Shown here: positions 9,322 to 17,095 of the stretch, one piece after another | Position numbering within the stretch: the first letter of the stretch is position 1 | How the letters are laid out: each line of letters starts with the position of its first letter | Source of the DNA: Blastocatellia bacterium | GTDB taxonomy: Bacteria > Acidobacteriota > Blastocatellia > UBA7656 | NCBI GenBank assembly: GCA_963765495.1 | Contig: CAVXWP010000016.1 | Location: 256,001-320,000, forward strand | DNA length: 64,000 bases | Direction of reading: 5' to 3' | The notes under the pieces: generated by a model | Told to the model about the DNA's origin: nothing | Seen by the model: the letters and a program-made list of their open reading frames with translations, nothing else | The model's database searches: none | Made by a program: the position numbers and the translations under genes

Positions 9322-11874
9322 TTCCTTCATCGTTTTTCCGGCCGCGATCAGGTTTGCCAGCACGCGATAAGCTCCCGCCTTACCCGCAAGCGCCTGCCTG
9401 CGCCAATCAAAACTCGTAAAGACGTAGGTACCTTCTCCAAATCGAGCAAACAACAGCCCTCCTCTTTGTGGATCATCTCCGGGATCGTTTGACTCAAGAA
9501 GCGAAACATATTCGCTCGCCCATGCTCCGGGGAGGTTTGTGGCCCGATCCGCGACCCAGCCCTCAAAATCTCCGGCTGAAATCTTGTTCGGTTTGTCGAA
9601 GAGCGGATGGTCTTCGACAAGGAGCTTCACAGGCGCAGTCTCAACGACGATTGGATTGTCTGATAATCTGATCAGAAAAGGCGCTGCCGGACGTTTTTCA
9701 AATACGAGATTCCAATCCTTCGGTTGTTGAGAAAGCATGATTACGTTTCCCCCGTGTTTTGCGTAATCAAGCAGGCATTCGTTGATCGTGGCGAGACGGG
9801 GCCAGGCCGTATAAGCGCGCTCGTCTATTATTACAGTGTCGAATCGAGCAAGACCCGCGCACTTGCTGTTTATTTGCCCGGCTGTCTGATCTCCGTTCCC
9901 GTGTTCGAATGTTTTGATTTCATCAATCGTCAACTCTTCGTGTTCGATGCCAAGCTCAGTAAGCGCGAGATCAAGCCAGCGGTCGAAGCCTCGAATGTAC
10001 CCGACTCTGAGATTTTCAGCGATTCTGGAATCAATGGCGCGGACAGGTATCTTCGCCGAACCAAGCGCATCGGGCGGGGCGGGTTTTTCGCGCCGGAATT
10101 CGAATAAGAGATCGGGCGCGAGCGGAGGCTTGAGGATCGGCAGCCGCAGCCGCAGCTTCACAGCGATCTCTTCATCCTCCTCGGTAAAGCGAATGTGAAC
10201 CGGCTCATAGCTGTCTTCGGTTATGGCCAGAGGAACTACCCAGAGCGCCCCGGCAAGCTCGCCCGGCGTCCGGTTGCGAACCCGCGCGATAAACTCGAAA
10301 TCGCGCGTCTCTGCCCAATCCTTTATTAGAGCAAATGGTATGGTCGAAATCTCTACCGCAGGGACAATTTCACATCTGGCCAGCGCGGGCAGAGTGAGGG
10401 TCGTCTGACCGAGACTAACCTCCGCAAAAGCGATCAGGCGGGCACCAAACGCACTTGCAGGCTGTGAACCCGGCAGGGCCGATGCCACCGGATAATAGTT
10501 CTCTTCATAGAGATGATCTGAATCAGGCACAGAGAGCGAAGCATCTTTCGGCACTTCATATTCAATCTCTTTTGTGACCGATGTTTGCGGAGCTACGCGA
10601 ATCACATCCGATGGTTTGAATGAAGGTTTCTGTTGCGAAGCAGGGAAAGATTCCGCTGCGTGAAAGATTACCGGCAATGACTGTTCGCTTGAATTGCGCA
10701 TATTAAGCCGGGCGGTGAATTTCTGGCCCGGCACGAGCGTGAGATCAGAGACAGTAATCTCAAAACTGATGCCGAGGGCTAGCGCGAGCGCCCGCTCAAG
10801 CTCTTCAATGTATCGGATCATGCGAAAGAATTCTTCGCCGTAACGATTATAAATATCCGAGGGCGAGCCTTCGGCGCGTTTCTCGATCAGTTTTTCCTTA
10901 AGCGCTTCAATCAATCGCTCGTCAAGCCCTATGGCTTCAAGCGAAGTCATATCGCCCACGTGAGGCGGCAAAATGGCGTGTGCTATGTTGTCGGGGAGTT
11001 TCAAGCCCTCGAACAACGTCTTTCCAAAAACGAATTTCTCATCCGAAGCCGAGCGCAAAAGTTTATAGTATATTTTCTCAGTATTCGGAGCATCCCTGTG
11101 CGCCCCGTATCCGAGAGACGCCAGCTGGCCGTAGGCCGTAATTGCCATCTGCGCGTAAGTGCTGCCGTGAACGTGATCATACTCGGTAAGGTCCACCAGA
11201 ACACCTACGGTAGATATATCTGATCTTTGAAATATGCGCCGCACCTGCCAGGGTTGAGAATCATTTCCCACAAAACGCTTCGGGTCGGCAGCCGCCTCAA
11301 AGGCCTCAAGATCAAGCCGCGCAAGAGCCTGATCCTGTCCATCGCCCGCCTCGCTGTCGTGGTTTGTGATGATAACATCCGGGCGCAATGATCTGATTGC
11401 GCGCACAAGTCTTTGGAGAGCCTCGTCGTGCCCCCAGATGCTGAAGGTCTCTTCGACCGACTGCGACTCTCCAAAGTCGCGCAGGTTTAGAAAATAAACA
11501 TCCGCCCCGACGACTCGCGCAGCGTCGAGCGTTTCACGCGTACGGGTAACTCCCGGATCTTCGTCCAGGTTGTGCTCGATCCAGAGTTGCCTGCCCTCCG
11601 CACGGGTCGCCAGAAGAATCACAACCCGAGCGCCCAGTTTTTTGTGATAGTAAGCCAGAGTGCCGTAATCCACATCATCGGGACGCGCAGCCACCGACAC
11701 AACCGTAAACGGATTGTTTAACTCCCTCAGGCTTTGATCGAGCAGCGCCAGGCCCCGACCATCAACAGTCGGTTCGTTTGCGCTGTCGCCCCCTGCGCAC
11801 GAAGCCACCACGCTACGAGGGAGAGCGCCGGTTAAAATGCAAAGCGTTGCCAGCAGTGACAGGGCTTGTCTCAT
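9316..11874 (-). CDS. PIG-L/LmbE-family protein with Ig-like and GATase-like C-terminal regions, exported
   Basis: Signal peptide; ARPDD, ATRAEG, DFGESQS...WGHDEALQRLVRAIRSLRPDVIIT N-terminal LmbE pattern; C-terminal HPLFDKPNKISAGDFEGW...GAYRVLANLI typical of long LmbE-like proteins. Confidence 0.85.
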   Translation of the reverse strand: MRQALSLLATLCILTGALPRSVVASCAGGDSANEPTVDGRGLALLDQSLRELNNPFTVVSVAARPDDVDYGTLAYYHKKLGARVVILLATRAEGRQLWIEHNLDEDPGVTRTRETLDAARVVGADVYFLNLRDFGESQSVEETFSIWGHDEALQRLVRAIRSLRPDVIITNHDSEAGDGQDQALARLDLEAFEAAADPKRFVGNDSQPWQVRRIFQRSDISTVGVLVDLTEYDHVHGSTYAQMAITAYGQLASLGYGAHRDAPNTEKIYYKLLRSASDEKFVFGKTLFEGLKLPDNIAHAILPPHVGDMTSLEAIGLDERLIEALKEKLIEKRAEGSPSDIYNRYGEEFFRMIRYIEELERALALALGISFEITVSDLTLVPGQKFTARLNMRNSSEQSLPVIFHAAESFPASQQKPSFKPSDVIRVAPQTSVTKEIEYEVPKDASLSVPDSDHLYEENYYPVASALPGSQPASAFGARLIAFAEVSLGQTTLTLPALARCEIVPAVEISTIPFALIKDWAETRDFEFIARVRNRTPGELAGALWVVPLAITEDSYEPVHIRFTEEDEEIAVKLRLRLPILKPPLAPDLLFEFRREKPAPPDALGSAKIPVRAIDSRIAENLRVGYIRGFDRWLDLALTELGIEHEELTIDEIKTFEHGNGDQTAGQINSKCAGLARFDTVIIDERAYTAWPRLATINECLLDYAKHGGNVIMLSQQPKDWNLVFEKRPAAPFLIRLSDNPIVVETAPVKLLVEDHPLFDKPNKISAGDFEGWVADRATNLPGAWASEYVSLLESNDPGDDPQRGGLLFARFGEGTYVFTSFDWRRQALAGKAGAYRVLANLIAAGKTMKEQ

Positions 11875-12084
11875 AATAGAACTATCCCAAGAACATAAAC
11901 GCCGATGACGCGCTCTGGGTTATTCTATCAAAAGCAATCAGCCGCCGCCTCAAATCACAAGCTCGCTTATAATCGTGTAGTTTCCTCTCGGGCGCGAGCT
12001 ATGGTAGGATTGCTGCCTGTTGGTGATTTCTTTAAAGCCCATGTGGAACCGAATAACTCAGGTCACGGACATAGATTATATTTG

Positions 12085-13950
12085 ATGCTTACCAAGTCTA
12101 AAGTTCCTGTTACAGTTGAAAAACCTCGGGCAACACGAAGTCTAAAAGCAAAGCTTGCCTTAACACTTTTGTGCGTCAGCCTATCGGCCATAGCCACGGT
12201 TCCCTTCTTTTTCATGGGCAAATACCCGGAGGGCAAGAGCGGCCCTATCTTTCGCATGCCCACTACTCACGACATGCATTTGCACCGCGAGCAGATGAAC
12301 TCATTTTATAACGGGCTACGGTCGGGCGAAATTTATCCGCGATGGGAAGAAGACACAAATCGAGGTTATGGAGCACCAACGACCAGTTATTATCCACCGG
12401 GAGTCTATTATCTGACATCCTTCTGTTACCTGATTTTGCGCGACTGGTTGCGCGCGCTACTCGGAACGCATCTGATACTGATGATAGCCTCCGCGGCAGC
12501 CATTTATGCCTACGCTCGTCAGGTAATGTCTCGCCGGGGCGCGGCGGTGGCGATGGCCGCCTACATATTTCTGCCCTATCATCTGATAGACCAGTATCAG
12601 CGCGGTGCTCTGGCAGAATTGACCGGATTTGTCTGGATGCCGCTCATGTTGCTGTTTGGCGAGCGCCTTTTCCGCGATTTCAGAAATGTTGCCCCGGAAG
12701 AAGAAGACCACCTGGAAACTACGGAAAAGGATATGGAATCGTATGGGTCGGCAAGACCCGGTTCCAGAAGTTTGTCGGACAGACTGCTCAATGCATCGGG
12801 GCTTGCGGTAAGTTACTCTGCGTTTGTATGGTCGCACCCACCGACCGCTTATCAATTCACGCTCACCTTCGCCATCTTTGTTCTCTTGTTTTTTCTTGTG
12901 CGCCGCGACTGGAAAGGCTTGCTCTACCTGGGGGGGGCGATGGCAGTTGGACTTGCATTATCGGCTTATTACCTTTACCCGGCAGCCATCGAACAGAATT
13001 TGATTCGCCACGAATATATAGCGCAAAGCTGGCCCTATCACGATAGTTATGTGTTCGTCTATTCCGAGCCTTATGCGACCATACATCGTGGTTTTTTTGC
13101 CTTGATTGACGGTACCTGGACCTTTAACGCCGTGCTTATCGTTGTAGCGGCGGGAGCAATTTTGCTGAAATCAAAATCAGTAAGCCTGTCTCTCAGACAA
13201 CACGCTTTGGTGTGGCTGGTTCTGGGGTGCTTCGCAAGCTTTATGATGACGAAATATTCTTATCCTCTAGGGCGTTTTATACCCGAGATAGAGATTGGTG
13301 TATTCTCGTGGCGTATGCTTGCCATAACAACCCTGATGCTTGCCCTGCTCGCAGGCGCTTTGATGCAAGCGGCGCTAAACGCTCGCCGTCAAGTGCGCAG
13401 GGCCGCCCGTATAGCCTTCACGTCTTTATCGCTATTTATAACTATCGGCAGTGTAATCTTCAGCGCGGCGGCCGTGGCAGCGCCTATGGCCACAATGCCG
13501 GCCTTCGTACGTTCGCTGGAGCATTGGAACGTGGCTACGATCCCAAGCACCGCGCCCGAAAACATAGAGGACTTGACCCGGGGCGATCAAGCCGAGCTTA
13601 CCTCGGGCAATGGTCGGGTTTCGATTGACCGCTGGGACCCGGAGCACCGACATCTATCGGTTGAACTGATCGCACCTGATCAGTTGCATATACGTACATT
13701 CAAATTCCCCGGCTGGACAGCTAATATTGACGGGCACCCCGCTGATATCCTCATGGGACAGCAATCAGGCGAGATAGTTCTCGATTTAGAGGCGGGCACC
13801 CATCAAATAACGCTGGATTTTCTCGACACACCGCCAAGGCGCGAAGCTCGATGGGTGACGATCTCTGCTTTTCTTTTTTTGATGTGTGTGGTTATACTCT
13901 CATTCGCAAGAAGAGAAACAAAAATAGAGAGGGAACGCACGACAATCTAG
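12085..13950 (+). CDS. Polytopic membrane protein, PTPS-related/YfhO-like GT-C glycosyltransferase
   Basis: THD...GEIYPRW...GYGAPTTSYYPP, PYHLIDQYQRGALAE and C-terminal FPGWTANIDG motifs; many TM segments. Start uncertain (ORF open from 11905). Confidence 0.85.
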   Translation: MLTKSKVPVTVEKPRATRSLKAKLALTLLCVSLSAIATVPFFFMGKYPEGKSGPIFRMPTTHDMHLHREQMNSFYNGLRSGEIYPRWEEDTNRGYGAPTTSYYPPGVYYLTSFCYLILRDWLRALLGTHLILMIASAAAIYAYARQVMSRRGAAVAMAAYIFLPYHLIDQYQRGALAELTGFVWMPLMLLFGERLFRDFRNVAPEEEDHLETTEKDMESYGSARPGSRSLSDRLLNASGLAVSYSAFVWSHPPTAYQFTLTFAIFVLLFFLVRRDWKGLLYLGGAMAVGLALSAYYLYPAAIEQNLIRHEYIAQSWPYHDSYVFVYSEPYATIHRGFFALIDGTWTFNAVLIVVAAGAILLKSKSVSLSLRQHALVWLVLGCFASFMMTKYSYPLGRFIPEIEIGVFSWRMLAITTLMLALLAGALMQAALNARRQVRRAARIAFTSLSLFITIGSVIFSAAAVAAPMATMPAFVRSLEHWNVATIPSTAPENIEDLTRGDQAELTSGNGRVSIDRWDPEHRHLSVELIAPDQLHIRTFKFPGWTANIDGHPADILMGQQSGEIVLDLEAGTHQITLDFLDTPPRREARWVTISAFLFLMCVVILSFARRETKIERERTTI

Positions 13951-14024
13951 TCCCCCCAGGTGTTTTAGGACTTATTGCGTGGGTTCCCTCCCGGTCGGCT
14001 AAAGGAGGAACCGGCTAACTGAGT

Positions 14025-14050
14025 ACCCGCCCCTTTAGCGGGCTTTTATA
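14025..14050 (+). terminator. Possible terminator hairpin
   Basis: CCCGC-CCCTTTA-GCGGG followed by CTTTTAT, downstream of the membrane protein gene. Confidence 0.45.
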
Positions 14051-14650
14051 ATTCGGCATTGCGACTGTCATCTGCGGCCCTGGAACGGGACAGTGATTGG
14101 GCGCACAGTTTGTTTCTCCTCTTCCAGAATCAGATCTCGAATTTTCAGGTCTCTATGACATAATCACTCTTGTTTGTAATCAATCGTATAGTGAATTAAT
14201 GTTCCGACTTGTCGCCGGCGCTATTGAGCGGTAACAGCCCCTATGATACAAAAGCACCTTGATCGGAAGAAAAACCACGCGCAACCATAATGCGTCGTTG
14301 CCAGCTCGTGTCAGTTTGGTTGGACCCGATTGCTGAACAATCTGTAAGCCGATTGTAAGCCCGTAGCCAACAACTGGCGTATAGATATGCTCAGGTGGTT
14401 GCGCGTGGAGCAGTTGAGTTTCCATCTGGGCAGGCGAGCCGCTCTCGACGCACGATTCCGGCAGGTCACAAGAGCGGGGTCGTGAGAACCTGTCGCTCCC
14501 GGTTTTACACGTGACCTGACGGTCAAAAAGTGTGGCATGGCTTACCACACAGACACGGTACAACGGGCCCTCTGGGCAGTTGAGTTTCCGATGCACCGAA
14601 CTTTTTATAGCATTACCAGTCATAAATATATATTATGGCAACCTTCAATA

Positions 14651-14696
14651 TATTGACAGACGCGAATATTATTACAAAACTTATCTCGTGTCAATA
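14651..14696. promoter_or_regulatory. Face-to-face overlapping sigma70 promoters / inverted repeat TATTGACA...TGTCAATA
   Basis: Minus strand: TTGACA (14694-14689)-N17-TAATAT (14671-14666). Plus strand: TTGACA (14653-14658) with a weaker -10. The context is AT-rich and upstream of the XRE gene. Confidence 0.65.
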
Positions 14697-14785
14697 ATTA
14701 TTTTTTAATAAACAATAAAATAATTTAAGCCGGTTATTTGAGCTTTGCCCAGACCACAACAAGTTATGCGAAAACAGGGAGAGAT

Positions 14786-15232
14786 ATGGACAAATCGAGC
14801 GAAAGAAGTTTGAGTCAGTACATCAGTCAGATTATGAATCTCAAAGGATTTTCAGCGGCCGATGTGGCCGAGCGTTCCGGCAAAGAGATAACAGCCGGAT
14901 ATGTGACCGGATTGATGAAGGGCACGGCTAAGAATCCTTCGGTGGAAAAGATAAACGCTCTGGCTGGCGGACTCGGCATAGACAATGTTGAGTTATTCCG
15001 AGCAGCTTGTAAGCTTCCGAGCGAACAGCAGGAGGGTAAACAGGTCGTAGACCCCTCTTACACGCTCGTGATACTGGAGTTAATGCGCAAGGTGGCGGTA
15101 GAGCCTGTTCTGGCGGAGATGCTTAATGAGATGGTCAGGCTATCGCCAGAGGAGCGTCTGGTCGTGCTCGATTCCTTGAGAGCGCTAAATAGAAATCGTC
15201 CCGTCTCAGGGAGGAGCAAAAAAAATGGTTAG
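14786..15232 (+). CDS. XRE-family helix-turn-helix transcriptional regulator
   Basis: LSQYISQIMNLKGFSAADVAERSG...ITAGYVTGLMKGTAKNPSVEKINALAGGLGI is a classic HTH_XRE; helical C-terminal domain; RBS GGGAGAG before ATG 14786. Confidence 0.88.
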   Translation: MDKSSERSLSQYISQIMNLKGFSAADVAERSGKEITAGYVTGLMKGTAKNPSVEKINALAGGLGIDNVELFRAACKLPSEQQEGKQVVDPSYTLVILELMRKVAVEPVLAEMLNEMVRLSPEERLVVLDSLRALNRNRPVSGRSKKNG

Positions 15233-16374
15233 TTCTTCATTTTTCTTTTTTGAGCGATCTTTTCGACCGCCGACAACATGGCGCTCAAATCATTTTTTGT
15301 AAGCGACTCATCTGAGATCAACTGTATGATCTTCAGCATCATTTGTCTGTGGTCCAGTTCCTGTGAGGAGCTTTGATTCTGGGCCGGGCTGTTTGATTCT
15401 TTTGCCATCTTCTTTTTCCACTCCAGATAATCTAGTATACGCCCCGGTTTTTGAGGGGAGCCAATACCTGTTTCTCCTGGACCAAAGGAGTTGACGAAAT
15501 TCTGCGCCGGTAAACGCAAAATATTATTCACCTCGAAATCTCTCTGACTTAAAGCGACCACTGAATGAGAGGCGCGTCGTCCCTTACAGATGATTTCATT
15601 GCGCGTCTCGTGCCACTCAGGATACGCATTTGCGTAAGGTGAAGCAAGAGCTATCTTTGAGGCACTGAACGCTTCTTCGAGCCGTCCCACTTCGGCAAGC
15701 TCCACGGCAAGGCTGTTGAGGTAATCATAATAGACGTGCGGGTGCCTGCGGCCAACAGCGCAAACGAGTGGAAACATCTTCTCAAGATGGATAAGAGCCC
15801 CCTCATGATCTTCGTCCATGCTTTTGAGGACCGCTATCATCTTCTGTGTATGAACCGCAACTAACGGGTCTCGTCCCCAATCACTTACAGCAGCCCTGTT
15901 CGCCTGTAAGTAAAGTGCCAAAGCGGATTTATAGTCTCCAGAATCAAATTTTATAGCTCCTAAAGACATAAGAGCTTTAGTCCTGTACTTAGCCGGGGCT
16001 TTTTCTATGACATACTCATACAATCTGCCTGCTTGAGAAAATTCCATCCTTCTACCCAAATATAATGCCTGATAATAAAGACCTATACTTCGATGCTGAT
16101 GAGATAAATCTGCATTTAATAAATCTGCATTTAATAGGAAATGACTTATCTGTCCTACGGTTTCCATCTGACGCCGTTCGTAGCTGTATTCGGCCAAAGC
16201 AAGCAGGTTATCTCCCAAAGTGCTGGATACGCGTGTTGTCCAGGCCGCTTTAGTGAGTGCCATAACTAATTGCTGATAAAATCCACCCTGGCTAATTGTT
16301 TTTTGTGCGTCATCAACCTGAACTATGGAGGAACTATCTGTGAGTAAAAAACTTGTCTTCGCAACGGTTTGCAT
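15229..16374 (-). CDS. Cytoplasmic TPR-repeat protein of unknown function
   Basis: TPR-like helices (ALMSLGAIKFDSGDYKSALALYLQA; YLNSLAVELAEVGRLEEAFSASKIAL); no signal peptide. Alternative start ATG 16263. Confidence 0.8.
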   Translation of the reverse strand: MQTVAKTSFLLTDSSSIVQVDDAQKTISQGGFYQQLVMALTKAAWTTRVSSTLGDNLLALAEYSYERRQMETVGQISHFLLNADLLNADLSHQHRSIGLYYQALYLGRRMEFSQAGRLYEYVIEKAPAKYRTKALMSLGAIKFDSGDYKSALALYLQANRAAVSDWGRDPLVAVHTQKMIAVLKSMDEDHEGALIHLEKMFPLVCAVGRRHPHVYYDYLNSLAVELAEVGRLEEAFSASKIALASPYANAYPEWHETRNEIICKGRRASHSVVALSQRDFEVNNILRLPAQNFVNSFGPGETGIGSPQKPGRILDYLEWKKKMAKESNSPAQNQSSSQELDHRQMMLKIIQLISDESLTKNDLSAMLSAVEKIAQKRKMKN

Positions 16375-16654
16375 ACTGGCCCTCCCAATTTGGTTTTCAC
16401 CTTCTCAAGGTAAAAACCAAACAAACGTGTTGCCCTTTACTACAACCGCATTAGCCGGGCATACAACTAGCGGTAACTGGTGCGATTGCGGCACACCGGA
16501 CTGCATAGATGGAAACTCTTCTAACATTACCTCGGATAAGGATAATACCACTCTTGATCAAAATGGTACTCCGGGCAGCGTATCTGATTCTTTCGGTTCA
16601 GAAGCGCTGCTGTTTGAGCTTGCTTTTATGATCTGGGCCAGGGTTCGCGTTTAG
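16340..16654 (+). CDS. Small exported protein/peptide precursor with CxCx4C motif and hydrophobic-basic C-terminus
   Basis: GGAGG RBS then GTG 16340; KK plus hydrophobic signal (LVFATVCILALPIWF); ALA-GHTTSGNWCDCGTPDC; tail EALLFELAFMIWARVRV. Confidence 0.7.
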   Translation: MSKKLVFATVCILALPIWFSPSQGKNQTNVLPFTTTALAGHTTSGNWCDCGTPDCIDGNSSNITSDKDNTTLDQNGTPGSVSDSFGSEALLFELAFMIWARVRV

Positions 16655-16845
16655 GCTTTAAGCCTGTTCTAGCTCGACTTAAATTACTCCGATTGTGTAA
16701 GCCGCCGGGATGCATGACGGCTCAGGGGACTTGTACCTCTCACAGAGCGAGTATTGTACTATAGTTTACTCTCGATTGCACCGGAAAATATCCGGCAGCA
16801 TCAACATTTTGAAGATGAAAGTGAACCTGAGGCGACCGCCAATAG

Positions 16846-16936
16846 CCCACGGATTTGACGAGCGAGGCGGATTTACATTGATCTGACCCAAATGATCCAA
16901 CCTGTATTGACCCGTTTAATCCGTGTCATCCGTGGC
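16846..16936. repeat. CCACGGAT...ATCCGTGG palindromic element, copy 1
   Basis: CCACGGATTTGACG...ATCCGTGTCATCCGTGG; a related element lies at 52904-52987. Confidence 0.7.
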
Positions 16937-17025
16937 CTGTAAATGTCGCTCTCATCTACGTTTCAGAGATAACGGGTGGACCCCGAAAAATCGCTCTTGC
17001 CTACAATCGCCCGGGGGCCTCCTGC

Positions 17026-17054
17026 TTGACAGTCCCGCCTAAGTATCTGACAAT
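17026..17054 (+). promoter_or_regulatory. Putative sigma70 promoter
   Basis: TTGACA-N17-GACAAT about 40 nt upstream of ATG 17096 (RBS GGAGG). Confidence 0.6.
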
Positions 17055-17095
17055 GCGATCATTGAGATAAGCCTTGCAACCCCCTTGGAGGATCT

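Noticed and set aside
14068-14120. Minus-strand GAGGAG RBS + GTG at 14106
   Set aside because: Gives only a 12-codon ORF (VRPITVPFQGRR) with no further support.
14180-14623. 147-aa minus-strand ORF opposite the XRE gene (possible Cro-like partner)
   Set aside because: No HTH or other motif, no RBS and atypical composition; treated as a probable non-coding region, though not excluded.
14600-16700. Prophage or integrative element interpretation of the AT-richer island
   Set aside because: No integrase, transposase, phage structural gene, tRNA or flanking att-like repeat was seen.
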